From assembly GCA_002269645.1 (NCBI GenBank), contig NIVC01000318.1, positions 1 through 64,000 of the forward strand: 64,000 nucleotides of DNA. The letters run 5' to 3'. Positions 1-13,919 of this stretch are shown piece after piece. The stretch's first letter is position 1. The number at the start of each line of letters is the position of its first letter. Under the pieces are notes generated by a model. That model was not told where the DNA came from. It did no database searches and saw nothing but the letters and a program-made list of their open reading frames with translations. The translations under genes and the position numbers were made by a program. Origin of the DNA: Macrostomum lignano. Its lineage: Eukaryota.

Positions 1-706
1 TAGATCTAGAGTTCGAGGAAAGTAGATCTAGAGTGCGAGGAAGTAGATCTAGAGTGTGAGAAAGTAGATCTAGAGTGCGAGAAAGTAGATCTAGAGTGTG
101 AGAAATTAGATCTAGAGTGTGAGAAAGTAGATCTAGAGTGTGAGAAATTAGATCTAGAGTGTGAGAAAGTAGATCTAGAGTGCGTCAAATTCAATCTAGA
201 GTGCGCGAAAGTAGATCTAGAGTGCGAGAAAGTAGATCTAGAGTGTGAGAAAGTAGATCTAGAGTGTGAGAAAGTAGATCTAGAGTGTGAGAAAGTAGAT
301 CTAGAGTGCGAGAAAGTAGATCTAGAGTGCGAGGAAGTAGATCTAGAGTGTGAGAAAGTAGATCTAGAGTATGAGGAAGTAGATCTAGAGTGTGAGGAAG
401 TAGATCTAGAGTGCGAGAAAGTAGATCTAGAGTATGAGGAAGTAGATCTAGAGTGTGAGAAGTAGATCTAGAGTGCGAGAAAGTAGATCTAGAGTGTGAG
501 AAAGTAGATCTAGAGTGTGAGAAAGTAGATATAGAGTCCGAGAAAGTAGTAGATCTATAGAGTGTGAGAAATAGATCTAGAGTGTGAGAAAGTAGATCTA
601 GATGGCGCGAAAGTAGATCTAGAGGCGCGAAAGTAGATCTAGAGGGCGCGAAAAGTAGATCTAGAGGGCGCGAAAGTAGATCTAGAGGGCGTTAAAGCAG
701 ATCTAG
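1..706. repeat. Minisatellite, ~21-bp unit GAGAAAGTAGATCTAGAGTGT
   Basis: Direct tandem copies from the window start, with a palindromic TAGATCTA core; degenerates near 540-706. Confidence 0.95.
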
Positions 707-1289
707 GATAGCATTGAAATAGTCGGCTATATAATACAGTTCCTCACATTTACAAAATAGTTTTGAACAGTGAAAATGCTAGAAAACATTTGTTATAAAA
801 TCACACAGGCCAACACAAATGCATTGAATTCTGACAGTGCAAGCCCAATTTGTCACACGCAAGTCTGAATATTAAAATGCATAGCAGCAGTGCAGTGCGG
901 CCAATGACTCAGCAATTGCTGTTGTTGATTCCAATCGCGTGAAGACGCCGCCGCCCGCCCCTTCACCATCCTAATCAGTCAGTCCATCGATTGCGAGCCT
1001 GTGAAGCCGGGGCGATGCAAAAAACTGCGTATGAGCAGAGGTGATGGAGGAGAGTTGGGCGCCCCATGGCAGCTCATTAACGATTCTTCCGTGTCCCTAT
1101 CTGAGCGAAGGCAGGCGTAGAAGATGAGCACAAAAGTGAGCACACGTGCACATCGGATTGGAACAATGTCGGCGAGAAAAAAGTTTGGCTACAGCGAGGA
1201 ACCTCTGTCAGCAAGTGGAATCTTATTCTGGGGCCTGTGCCGATCTTTTTCCTTGAGCAAACCGGCATGCAGTAGAGCTCTCCTGCGAT

Positions 1290-2290
1290 TCTCCTCTCAC
1301 CCCTCACCTCTCACCCCCTCTCACCCCCTCTCACCCCCTCTCACCCCCTCTCACCCTCTCTCACCCCTCTCACCCCTCTCACCCTCTCTCACCCCCTCTC
1401 ACCCCCTCTCACCCCCCCTCTCACCCTCTCTCACCCCCTCTCACCCTCTCTCACCCCTCTCACCCCCTCTCACCCCCTCTCACCCTCTCTCACCCTCTCT
1501 CACCCCCTCTCACCCTCTCTCACCCTCTCTCACCCTCTCTCACCCTCTCTCACCCTCTCTCACCCTCTCTCACCCTCTCTCACCCCCTCACCCCCTCTCA
1601 CCCCCTCTCACTCCCTCTCACCCCCTCTCACCCCGTCTCACCCCCTCTCACCTCCTCTCACCCCCTCTCACCCTCTATCACGCTCTCTAATCCTCTCTCA
1701 CCCTCTATCACCCTCTTTCACCCTCTATCACCCTCTTTCACCCTCTATCACCCCCTCTCACCCTCTCTCACCCTCTCTCACCCCCTCTTACCCCCTCTCA
1801 CCCTCTCTCACCCTCTCTCACCCCCTCTCACTTCTCTCACCCTCTCTCACCCCCTCTCACCCTCTCTCACCCCCTCTCACCCTCTATCACGCTCTCTAAT
1901 CCTCTCTCACCCTCTCTCACCCTCTATCACCCTCATTCACCCTCTATCACCCTCATTCACCCTCTATCACCCTTTTTCACCCTCTATCACCCTCTTCACC
2001 CCCTCTCACCTCTCACCCTCTCTCACCCTCTCACCCTCTCTCACCCTCTCTCACCCCCTCTCACCCTCTATCACCCTCTCTCACCCCCTCTCACCCTCTC
2101 TCACCCCCTCTCACCCCTTCTCCCCCTTTCTCCCCCGTCTCAGCCCTCTCTCAACCCCCTCTCACCCCCTCTCCCCGTCTCAGCTCAGCTCTCTCAACCC
2201 TCAACCCCTCTCTCCCCAATCTCTATTGTCTACTCTCCCTCTTTCCACTTCTCTCTCCATCAACTCTCTCCTCCCACTCTCACTCCCCCA
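1290..2290. repeat. Pyrimidine-rich ~10-bp tandem repeat (CACCCYCTCT)n
   Basis: Visible periodicity; explains the low-complexity ORF 1124-1690. Confidence 0.9.
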
Positions 2291-3344
2291 CCCTACCTAT
2301 AATCAACTGAAATGCTGAGGTGTTCTTACAGAATAATTTTCAGTTTTTTATTCTCCACGCGGCAAGCACCAAAGGCGGATGCCGACCCCCGCCTGCCCTC
2401 GCCACCAACCGCCCCCCCCCCTCACCGGAGGCTCGCTCGGTGGTCACGCAAGTTTACCGGCCGTCCAACTTTCTCAGAACATTATCCCACTGTTGGGACA
2501 CGCAGAAAGCGCTGAGTTAGCGAGCTGCCAGCCAATACATGTAATGCATTCTACAGGCATTCAATACAAAAGGCAAGAGTGAGAGAACCACAGGCATCGC
2601 GATTCAAAAGACCCCGTTTCTGCCTCTCTCTGCATCGCCTCTTGTCTTAATTAACAGCCCCGGCCTTGCCACACCTGCCTCGGCTTGTTGCCAACTGTCG
2701 CCTCCAGACAGCCGCGCTCTCTCCCTCTGAGGACTTCGCAGACACCGCGTCGCCCTTCAACTTCCCCTCCTCTCTGCCTCTCTCTCTGCTCATTCTCTTC
2801 TTTTAGTAGAAACGCTTGCTGCGCCAGACCGCTGAAAGATCCAAAAACAGTTTCGGTCTGAGTCAGCTCAGCCGCCTCATTCCGACACTTTTTTACACAC
2901 CAGCCGCCTGCTCAACGCGAAGCTGCAAAATCCTTGCAACTTTTCTCTTCTCTCCTCTTTCATTTCGCTCTCTCCTGCCATCATCGCGCACCTGTCAGGA
3001 GTGCCAGCAACTCAGTCTCAGTCTCCCCTCCCACCCTCTCCCACTCCTCATCGTGCCCGCATGGCGGACTCTTTAGAGTCGATGCTCTTCAGTGAAAGGC
3101 CGGGCCTTGTCAAGATGAGGAATGGGAGGAGGGAACGGCGGGGAGCTGCTGTCGACGGGAAGTCGGCTGCTTCCTGAAAATATGGCCCAGTGGCTGGCGG
3201 TAAATAGAATGGGACAGGTGAGGGGTGGGGCTGGGGGGCTAGGGATCGAAGGGGTGCGGAGGCTCCGTGACAGGCGGCCTGGTTAGTACTCTTTCGATCT
3301 GTCACTGCAGAAGTCTTTCACTTTCACTCTCCATTGTACTATTC

Positions 3345-3925
3345 AGTCACTCTGTACTGTCACTCCGCTACTCTGTCACTCCGCTACTCTGTCACTCCGC
3401 TACTCTGTCACTCCGCTACTCTGTCACTCGCTACTCTGTCACTCCGCTACTCTGTCACTCCGCTACTCTGTCACTCCGCTACTCTGTCACTCCGCTACTC
3501 TGTCACTCCGCTACTCTGTCACTCCGCTACTCTGTCACTCCGCTACTCTGTCACTCCGCTACTCTGTCACTCCGCTACTCTGTCACTCCGCTACTCTGTC
3601 ACTCCGCTACTCTGTCACTCCGCTACTCTGTCACTCCGCTACTCTGTCACTCCGCTACTCTGTCACTCCGCTACTCTGTCACTCCGCTACTCTGTCACTC
3701 CGCTACTCTGTCACTCCGCTACTCTGTCACTCCGCTACTCTGTCACTCCGCTACTCTGTCACTCCGCTACTCTGTCACTCCGCTACTCTGTCACTCCGCT
3801 ACTCTGTCACTCCGCTACTCTGTCACTCCGCTACTCTGTCACTCCGCTACTCTGTCACTCCGCTACTCTGTCACTCCGCTACTCTGTCACTCCGCTACTC
3901 TGTCACTCCGCTACTCTGTCACTCC
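3345..3925. repeat. Minisatellite, 16-bp unit GTCACTCCGCTACTCT
   Basis: About 35 near-identical direct copies. Confidence 0.95.
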
Positions 3926-4549
3926 TATCACTCCCCTCCATCTACCCGTGGCACTGCCATACTAGCACTGTCACTAGATTGAAATCTCTATTGCTCCGAA
4001 ACGCCCATTCCCATAATGCCAGCAAGGTCATTCAAGATGAGAGCTCCAAAATCTTTCTCCCAAAAAATGGCCCAAAAACTTTTCGATGCGAAAAAATCTC
4101 CTCTCGCGTGCGAAAATCCGCAGCCTTCACGGCAGAGTGATTCCGAAGAGAGCGAGCCCTGCGTGCTCACACTTTGAGCCCTTTTTTCCTGAGAGGAAGC
4201 TGAGCCAGAACTGCTGCTGCTGCTCCGAACTTGCGATGGAGTTAGTCGAGCGCCAAGCTCAGAATCTGCTGCACCTCATCTTTCAGTGCCTTCCATCCCA
4301 TAAGGCTCGCCCAACCCAACCCAAATCCCCCAACTGGAATCCCGTGCTCCCGAAAATCCTGCTCAATATCCGCGGTGGATTTCTCTGCTGCCCACTGCTT
4401 CTCCCCTAGGGGAGCTGTGAGAGAGTAAAGTGAGTGAATGAGCTCGGCTCGGGCAGCGGCTGAGCGACCTGCCCTCTCTGCTCAATTGGACTGCTTAAGC
4501 CCAAAGAGGACTTTCAGCTGAGCCTCGGCTGCTCAGCCAGATTCACGCT

Positions 4550-5205
4550 GGCTGCTCTCCCTTCTCTCCCCTCCCTTCTCTCCCTTCTCTCCCCTCCCTT
4601 CTCTCCTATCCCTTCTCTCCCTTCCCTTTTCTGCCCTCTCTTTTCTCTCCCCTCCCTTCTCACCCTTCTCTCCCTTCTCTCCCCTCCCTTCTCTCCCCTC
4701 CCTTCTCTCCCTTCTCTCCCCTCCCTTCTCTCCTCTCCCTTCTCTCCCCTCCCTTTTCTCCTCTCCCTTCTTTCCCCTCCCTTTTCTCCTCTCCCTTCTC
4801 TCCCTTAATTCCCTTCTCTCCTCTCCCTTCTCTCCCTTCTCTCCTCTCCCTTCTCTCCCTTCTCTCCTCTCCCTTCTCTCCCTTCTCTCCCCTCCCTTCT
4901 CTCCTATCCCTTCTCTCCCTTCCCTTTTCTGCCCTCTCTTTTCTCTCCCTCCCTTCTCACCCTTCTCTCCCTTCTCTCCCCTCCCTTCTCTCCCCTCCCT
5001 TCTCTCCCTTCTCTTCCCTCCCTTCTCTCCTCTCCCTTCTCTCCCCTCCCTTTTCTCCTCTCCCTTCTTTCCCCTCCCTTTTCTCCTCTCCCTTCTCTCC
5101 CTTAATTCCCTTCTCTCCCTTCCCTTTTCTCCTCTCCCTTCTCTCTCCTCCCTTCTCTTCTCTCCCTGTCTCTCCACCTCTCCTCTCTCCCTGTCTCCCT
5201 GTCTG
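4550..5205. repeat. CT-rich low-complexity polypyrimidine tract
   Basis: Almost only C/T, with internal duplicated blocks. Confidence 0.9.
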
Positions 5206-6344
5206 TCTACACGCATTCAATCTTTATCCTATCTCGCTTTTTACACAGCTATTAATCCCAACTTTTCGTGAAGTTTCCATCTCAGAAACTTACTAACAAA
5301 CCAGCAGCAGCTCTTGCGATGGGAGCCATGTTACTCCAATCGGGATAAAAAGGCATGAATAGAAATCCCCATGCTTTAACCTGTCAGACATTTCCCTGTC
5401 GCGGGCTCACAGCCCTCCCGGATGCACCTATCGCTCATTCAAAGCCGCTGGCAACGGGAGGCAGCCCCCCCCCAAGGAAGCACTCTGTTCTCACTCTTCT
5501 CTTTCTTTGGCTTAGTTTTTTTCACCCAGCACCTTCGCAGCATCATCCAGGTCCCCGGGCCTTCCCCGCGCAGCTAATCGATGTCACGGCATCGATTTGA
5601 GCAGCTAATGTTTCAGCGTCTCCTCCCTGCACAGAGACTGAACTCTTCCCTTGAACCCGTGTCCCAGCAGTCCTGTGGCAAAAGCTTATCCTATCTCAAC
5701 TATCCCCCCCCCGAGACCGCTGGAGGCTGGCCGAGCTGATGTTGATGATGATGCAACCGACTTAAAAGAGAGGCAGAAGAGAAGAAAAAAACGCGGTTGA
5801 CATGTCTAAATAAGACATTTACATTCCTGGTCACGTCTGCCAATAGTTGTGCTTCCTGCATTAAACCTTGGCAACCAGTTTGAGGGGTCAGCGCCCTGTC
5901 AATTCTGACAGCTCACTGCATGCACAGTTTTAGTGTTTGCGCATACAAACACATTGTGCACACACAGCTCTATCATCCTCAGTGGTTACCGAGTGCCATT
6001 GTATTGGCATAGCGCTATTATAGCCAGGCCGGTTATAAATAGCTTTATTGATTTTCTGCATAGTTGTCGGCAATTTAAGCCTAAAAACTGACAGACGAGG
6101 AGGCCAAACAGACGGAAGAACGGGTTTCCTGCTTTTAGACTCTCCGGGTCTTTCAGCTGTGGGCAGGCAGAAGATAATTATATTTCTTTAATTTGTTGAT
6201 CTTCGCGCAGAGAGACGGCTGATTGGGGCTAATGAGATCAGGGCTGTGGGAGCGCTCATGTTTGATGGCTGCCTAAGCCGCATTCTGCTCGTCCATGGAG
6301 ATCCTGGAGTGCTAGCTGCTGCCCCAACACTTCGTTTTCATGCT

Positions 6345-6680
6345 CGAAGCTTCACAAGCTCGAAACTTCACAGCTCGAAACTTCGCAAGCTCGAAGCTTC
6401 ACAAACTCACAACTTCACAAGCTCGAAGCTTCACAAGCTCGAAACTTCGCAAGCTCACAACTTCACAAGCTCGAAACTTTACAAGCTCGAAGCTTCACAA
6501 GCTCGAATTTTACCAAGCTGGAAGCTTCACAAGCTGGAAACATCACAAGCTGGAAACTTCACAAGCTGGAAACTTCACAAGTTGGAAACTTCACAAGCTG
6601 GAAACTTCACAAGCTAGAAGCTTCACACTCTCGAAACTTCACAAACTCGAAACTTCACAAACTCAAAACTTCACAAGCTG
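6345..6680. repeat. Minisatellite, 16-bp unit GCTCGAAACTTCACAA (degenerate)
   Basis: About 20 direct copies with variants (GCTGGAAAC, GAAGCTTC). Confidence 0.9.
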
Positions 6681-7679
6681 CTGGGAATCTATTTGAGTGT
6701 TAAGTTTAAGCTCAGGATCGAAGCAAGGGTTGCCACTCCAGCTTCTGGTTCGCGGCCACCGTGGCTTCTCTAATCCCACTCGCTGATTAACCTCCGGGCC
6801 CATCATCTCAGCCTTGTTGATGAATTGGCCCGGCTAGCAAGATGAATCTAAAAATTGAATCAAGCCAGCCCAGTCGGCCAATTCAACTTATAACTTTGCC
6901 CCCCTCGAATAGCTGATTTGAGGATCTTCCGAAACATCTGTCGAGGAGGAGAAGCAGAAACATTGAAAACAGTTTGTCTGCCCCCCATACTGCAGTTAGT
7001 TTATTCATTCTTATACGCCAAAGCTGATTGTGTATCCATTTTTTCGCATTAAGCTAAGTGCTGTCTGTCTGTCTGTGCTAGCGAACAGCTAGGCTTGGCA
7101 TTCTCTCGCCTTCTTTGCCAAACATGTATTCTGACTAGCTGGCCGCTCCCCCCTCGGGGGGCAGTGCTTTGGATGGGAAAAAATAGGAAAGGGTTAGCCA
7201 GAGAGATAAGAGCTTAAATATCTCTCCGCTGGGCCGTGTCTGTCGCGGCTCGCTCCTCTCTCCCCCGTTAAGTAATTACTTCGATACTTGAATGCTCCGG
7301 GTTTGACCGACTCAGAGTTTTGAGCTTGCTCCCAAGCCCCTCCCCCTTACTTAGTTCACCCATCGATGAGTCTCTAGGAACTTTGCATCTATACTCGACT
7401 AACTGAATACATAGTAGACTCAATCCTCGGTTAAAAAGCATTGATTAGTTTCGGGCGAGCGGCTACAGACTGAGATAGGAGGAGATGATCTGGAGTCGGC
7501 GGCGAGCTGAGTCCATTTGCGATTGTTACACGTGAAAAAAAGACTGATTGATTCTTCCTTCTTAAGCGTGTGGATTATGTTTCAACTTTTTTACGTGTAT
7601 AATGACAAAGAAGGTTTATTAAGCAAGGGAAACTTCTTTGAATTGTGGCGTCTGTTCTTAAGATGGGCTTGGTGGCAGG

Positions 7680-8365
7680 GTATGGGATAGTTGGAATCCC
7701 ACCTACAGACAGTGTATGGGATAGTAGGAATCCCACCTATAGACAGGAAATGGGATAGTGGGAATCCCAACTATAGACAGGAAATGGGATAGTGGGAATC
7801 CCACCTATAGACAGTGTATGGGATAGTGGAAATCCCACCTATAGACAGTGTATGGGATAGTGGAAATCCCACCTATAGACAGTGTATGGGATAGTAGGAA
7901 TCTCACCTATAGACAGGGTATGGGATAGTGGGAATCCCACCTACAGACAGGGTATGGGATAGTGGGAATCCCACCTACAGACAGGGTATGGGATAGTGGG
8001 AATCCCACCTACAGACAGGGTATGGGATAGTGGAAATCCCATCTATAGACAGGGTATGGGATAGTGGGAATCCCACCTATAGACAGGGTATGGGATAGTG
8101 GGAATCTCACCTACAGACAGGGTATGGGATAGTAGGAATCCCACCTATAGACAGGGTATGGGATAGTGGGAATCCCACCTATAGACAGGGTATGGGATAG
8201 TGGGAATCCCACCTATAGACAGGGTATGGGATAGTGGGAATCCCACCTATAGACAGGGTATGGGATAGTGGGAATCCCACCTATAGACAGGGTATGGGAT
8301 AGCGGCAATATCCCACCTCTAGACAGGGTATGGGATAGTGGGAATCCCACCTTTAGACAGGGTAC
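7680..8365. repeat. Minisatellite, 34-bp unit GGGTATGGGATAGTGGGAATCCCACCTATAGACA
   Basis: About 20 copies; each unit has the internal hairpin GTGGGA-A-TCCCAC. Confidence 0.95.
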
Positions 8366-9764
8366 AAGGGGTGCGGCTTAGTCGATCTTACTATCGAAGG
8401 CTCATTACGGTGTAAAATGACTATAATAAGGCAACTAATAACCAGATGAAGTTGAGGTGTTTATCCCAGCAATAGGACCTACAAGATTCCGAGTTCGCCG
8501 CTGATGAGGACACAGCAGAACCGCAAGAGCTAATTACAGGCTCAGACTGTCACCTGCAGCATTGAGCAGTGCTCATTATTAGATCCCCGCAGTTCTCAGA
8601 ATCTTGAGTAGCTTATTTAGCCTATGAATGAGGATTTCCAATTGATGCACAATCACGCCTTTGACAGATCAGACTAAAATAATGATTGACTGAGATGGAT
8701 TAGGTAATGCGATTAATATCTCTATTATAAATTTACTACCAAAAAGCCTCTTCCGTCATCAGCACAGTCTAGCAAGTACAATTTAAGTCAGAAATAAAAA
8801 AATTAGCGAAAAGGGGCCACCCACGCTTTCTAGCCCAATATTCGGACAGCTAAAAGCCGCACAAGTGGGTCTGTGCTTCTCTCTGTGTGTGTCTGAAGTA
8901 CGAGCTCGATTCAATAAATGCCTGACTATTACAATAGATATTAGAGCCTATATAATACATAGATATGGTAATTGTCAGCTCTGTTTGTTCAGTGCAGAGT
9001 TGTTCTTAATGTTTGCACAAGCTTGTGTGTCCCTCTTCTCCCTGCGAAATCACACTAACCAACAGAAAGTTGCAGTAACACGATACCCTACCCAGGAACC
9101 CTGGTATCGCTGGTGCTGTAGGGTATCTTATTTACCCAATTTGTTAGTCTCTCACGACCAAGGCAAAGTTTCTATCTCCCTGATGCAGCATACTGGCTAT
9201 CATTGGTGTGAGATTTCCACAGACTTTAAGGATTATTTAGCTGGGAGAGAGAGAGAGTCCACAGGCCCGGGCCAAAAGTGATGCAACACACGGATAATTG
9301 GCTGGGCCAAGGCTCGGTCCCATGGCCGCAATGATTACTATAATATCAGCCTGGCTTGTGACGCAATCGCACGGCGGAGCTGGAACGACTTTTGCGATTT
9401 CATCATTAATGCTTGGTTAGGGCGAGAATTAGTGAGGCGGGCTGCTGGAAGGGGGTAGGGGCTGTCCCATCTAGTCCAGTCTCCGGGGACTTAGTTGGAT
9501 GATGAGGGGCATGAAAACAGGGAGAGATATGACTGGAGGCTGTCAAAATGCGACACGCCTTTTGAGTTGCAGCCGCTCATCCCTCGGTCTGCCTGCCTGT
9601 CTGACTGAATGACGGACAGCCGCAGAACCGCTTGGTCTGCCGGATGAGGCCGCTCTGAATATCGCAAGCGACGCTTGAAATGAAGAGCATAAATTTCCAC
9701 TGCGGTACGGATGATGAGGTTCTGCTTCCAAAAATTGAAATAGCCAATTGTGAGGAACGAATGG

Positions 9765-10262
9765 AGAGAGGGAGAGAAGGGAAGAGAAGGGGAGAGAGGG
9801 GAGAGGGAGAGAAGGGGAGAGAAGAGGAGAGAGAAGGGAGAGAAGGGGAGAGGGAGAGAAGGGGAGCGGGGAGAGAAGGGCAGAGGGAGAGAAGGGGAGG
9901 GGGAGAGAAGGGGAGCGGGAGAGAAGCGGAGAGAGGAGAGAAGGGGAGAGGGGAGTGAAGGGGAGAGGGGAGAGAAGCGGAGAGGGTAGAGAAGGAGAGA
10001 GGAAAGAGAAGGAGAGAGGGGAGAGAAGGGGAGAGGGAGAGAAGCGGAGAGGGGAGAGAAGGGGAGAGGGAGAGAAGAGGAGAGGGGAGAGAAGCGGAGA
10101 GGGGAGAGAAGGGGAGAGGGGAGAGAAGGAGAGAGGAGAGAGAAGCGGAGAGGGGAGAGAAGGGGAGAGGGAGAGAAGGGGAGAGGGGAGAGAAGGGGAG
10201 AGGGGAGAGAAGGGGAGAGGGGAGAGAAGCGGAGAGGGTAGAGAAGGAGAGAGGAGAGAGAA
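9765..10262. repeat. GA-rich polypurine low-complexity tract
   Basis: Nearly pure G/A with a GGGGAGAGAAG-like periodicity. Confidence 0.9.
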
Positions 10263-10904
10263 GGCAAGTTGAAGCAGCCAGGATCAGAGCAGAGAAGGAA
10301 GTTCAGCTTAGGAAAAGAAGCAAAATGCGCACACAGGGACGGAGCGGAGAGAGGGAAAAGTGACCCAGCCCGATAACGATCTGCTCCCCTGACAGGCTAA
10401 TGGAGAAATTCCCTCAATTTTTTAAAGAAAAAACGTTTGCCCAACCACCGCCGCCGCCGTCTGCGATGACGTTAAAAAGAATTTCAAGCAAGCCTCAGCC
10501 CGCAACATGCTTGGAGCAACTGCCCAGCCGGTGGGAGTTGCACTGGATGGACCCTGCAGTCGTCAAGGGAACGGGCGGCTCAGCGGGGGATTATTAAGTC
10601 GGTTGGGAACAAGGGGAGGAAGGGAGGCAGAGGGAAGGCTATCCCAAAGTGTTGTTAAAATTGATTCAATCTCGTCTGCCGGAGCCACCCCGCCAAGGCA
10701 GCGGCGAGGCCAGCGCAATAAATGGCTTTTTGTGTTCTCGGGCCAGCTGGACAGACGGCTTACCTTGATGTAGCTGGCGGTTAGGTAACTCTTCCTTTCT
10801 CTCAAGATTCTCTTCTGCTAGCTAAGTGGTGTTCTGAAAGTCACTGTAAAACACCTGTGCGCTTTTCCTGTCTGGTAACTAAGGGAGGCTTAGAATTACA
10901 CTCA

Positions 10905-12960
10905 CCCAGCTTCACGTTCACGTATAACTTCACAGATCCCCAAGCTTCACAAATCTTTAAGCTTCACCGATCCCCAAGCTTCACAAATCTCTAAGCTTCA
11001 CAGATCCCCAAGCTTCACAAATCTCTAAGCTTCACCGATCCCCAAGCTTCACAAATCTCTAAGCTTCACAGATCCCCAAGCTTCACAAATCTCTAAGCTT
11101 CACAAATCTCTAAGCTTCACAGATCCCCAAGCTTCACAGATCCCTAAGCTTCACAGATCCCCAAGCTTCACAGATCCCCAAGCTTCACAGATCCCCAAGC
11201 TTCACAGATCCCCAAGCTTTACAGATCCCCAAGCTTCACAGATCCCCAAGCTTCACAGATCCCCAAGCTTCACAGATCCCCAAGCTTCACAGATCCCCAA
11301 GCTTCACAGATCCCCAAGCTTCACAGATCCCCAAGCTTCACAGATCCCCAAGCTTCACAGATCCCCAAGCTTCACAGATCCCCAAGCTTCACAGATCCCC
11401 AAGCTTCACAGATCCCCAAGCTTCACAGATCCCCAAGCTTCACAGATCCCCAAGCTTCACAGATCCCCAAGCTTCACAGATCCCCAAGCTTCACAGATCC
11501 CCAAGCTTCACAGATCCCCAAGCTTCACAGATCCCCAAGCTTCACAGATCCCCAAGCTTCACAGATCCCCAAGCTTCACAGATCCCCAAGCTTCACAGAT
11601 CCCCAAGCTTCACAGATCCCCAAGCTTCACAGATCCCCAAGCTTCACAGATCCCCAAGCTTCACAGATCCCCAAGCTTCACAGATCCCCAAGCTTCACAG
11701 ATCCCCAAGCTTCACAGATCCCCAAGCTTCACAGATCCCCAAGCTTCACAGATCCCCAAGCTTCACAGATCCCCAAGCTTCACAGATCCCCAAGCTTCAC
11801 AGATCCCCAAGCTTCACAGATCCCCAAGCTTCACAGATCCCCAAGCTTCACAGATCCCCAAGCTTCACAGATCCCCAAGCTTCACAGATCCCCAAGCTTC
11901 ACAGATCCCCAAGCTTCACAGATCCCCAAGCTTCACAGATCCCCAAGCTTCACAGATCCCCAAGCTTCACAGATCCCCAAGCTTCACAGATCCCCAAGCT
12001 TCACAGATCCCCAAGCTTCACAGATCCCCAAGCTTCACAGATCCCCAAGCTTCACAGATCCCCAAGCTTCACAGATCCCCAAGCTTCACAGATCCCCAAG
12101 CTTCACAGATCCCCAAGCTTCACAGATCCCCAAGCTTCACAGATCCCCAAGCTTCACAGATCCCCAAGCTTCACAGATCCCCAAGCTTCACAGATCCCCA
12201 AGCTTCACAGATCCCCAAGCTTCACAGATCCCCAAGCTTCACAGATCCCCAAGCTTCACAGATCCCCAAGCTTCACAGATCCCCAAGCTTCACAGATCCC
12301 CAAGCTTCACAGATCCCCAAGCTTCACAGATCCCCAAGCTTCACAGATCCCCAAGCTTCACAGATCCCCAAGCTTCACAGATCCCAAGCTTCACAGATCC
12401 CCAAGCTTCACAGATCCCCAAGCTTCACAGATCCCCAAGCTTCACAGATCCCCAAGCTTCACAGATCCCCAAGCTTCACAGATCCCCAAGCTTCACAGAT
12501 CCCCAAGCTTCACAGATCCCCAAGCTTCACAGATCCCCAAGCTTCACAGATCCCCAAGCTTCACAGATCCCCAAGCTTCACAGATCCCCAAGCTTCACAG
12601 ATCCCCAAGCTTCACAGATCCCAAGCTTCACAGATCCCCAAGCTTCACAGATCCCCAAGCTTCACAGATCCCCAAGCTTCACAGATCCCCAAGCTTCACA
12701 GATCCCCAAGCTTCACAGATCCCCAAGCTTCACAGATCCCCAAGCTTCACAGATCCCCAAGCTTCACAGATCCCCAAGCTTCACAGATCCCCAAGCTTCA
12801 CAGATCCCCAAGCTTCACAGATCCCCAAGCTTCACAGATCCCCAAGCTTCACAGATCCCCAAGCTTCACAGATCCCCAAGCTTCACAGATCCCCAAGCTT
12901 CACAGATCCCCAAGCTTCACAGATCCCCAAGCTTCACAGATCCCCAAGCTTCACAGATCC
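10905..12960. repeat. Minisatellite, 17-bp unit AAGCTTCACAGATCCCC (~2 kb, highly homogeneous)
   Basis: Roughly 120 copies; variant units (AAATCTCT) only at the left edge; one HindIII site per unit. Confidence 0.97.
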
Positions 12961-13695
12961 CCGCTCTCCAAGTCGCACAATATTCTTCACCCGTCACCCA
13001 TCGATCCCATATGAGTAATCAGCGCATGCGAGTGAAAATTGATTGAAAAATTCCATAACTCCATCACCCCAGTGTTCACCTTCGCGACAAAATCTGCGCG
13101 CCCGTGTAAAACTGAAACCCGACTTTCACTGCCCGCCGCCGCCCAACCCCCCCCCCCCGTGGAGAATGTTTTTCTTTGAGAGAAGCACAGAAATGGATTT
13201 CGGCCCGCCGCCAGCTTTGGGTAGCAACTAAAAATCGTCTATACCAGCGGCCCAGCTTCCCCCCGTGGGCTTCATCTGCTTATTGGTAGATGCGGCCATC
13301 TCCCTCCACCCCGACAAAGAGTGGCCGAGTCGGATTTCCAACTGTTTAGCAGGAGGGGGTTTCGAATCCCTGTTGTTACAGGCTGGTTTGTTGTTGGCCC
13401 CCCGTGAAGTTGCATAAGCAGCCGCGGGCGGTCGGGCAGACACAGGCGGACAGGGACAGGGGCGAGTATCCAGTGTAATGTATATTCAATCCAATATTCC
13501 CAAGCAAATTGGTCTATGCAACTTTCATGTATTTATATATATGGAAGCAGAAATAGATTAGTTGACATTGTTCTTTTTGCCCCAAGTTTATGTCTATCCT
13601 TATCTGCCCTGCCCTACTTAGACCCCCCCCCTGGGGACTGGCACTGGGATCGGAACCTGGCTGACTGATTTTGCAGTTTTTTTCTCCTTTTGCAG

Positions 13696-13887
13696 CAGCA
13701 CCAACGAGCGGCCTGTTGGTGTTGGCCTTCGGGCTCTGCCTGCAGCTGCCTTCGCTGTCCGACTCGATGCTGACGCTGGCGGGAGCTGCCGTCAGGGAGA
13801 ATTTCTGTCACGTGGCCAATGACACCTGCTACCAGAGCTCGGAGTGCGGAGCCAAGCTGGGCCTAGTGCGGATCCTCTGCCTGGACT
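13696..13887 (+). CDS. GFRalpha/Gas1-like receptor, exon A (signal-peptide-like segment plus first half of Cys-rich domain 1); start codon not located
   Basis: Acceptor tttctccttttgcag, donor t|gtgagt (phase 1). Encodes ..GLLVLAFGLCLQLPSLSDS..FCHVANDTCYQSSECGAKLGLVRILCLD. Splices in frame to 21505. Confidence 0.75.
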
Positions 13888-13919
13888 GTGAGTTGCCTGC
13901 TCTGCGGGTGGCTGGGTCG

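Noticed and set aside
1124-1141. ATG AGC ACA AAA followed by GTGAGC as the first exon of the GFR-like gene
   Set aside because: The donor is phase 0 but exon A needs phase 1; it is 12.5 kb away with no linking evidence.
13194-13227. MDFGPPPAL + G|GTAGCA as a phase-1 first exon for the GFR-like gene
   Set aside because: Phase fits, but the donor is poor and there is no independent support; the start codon is left unassigned.
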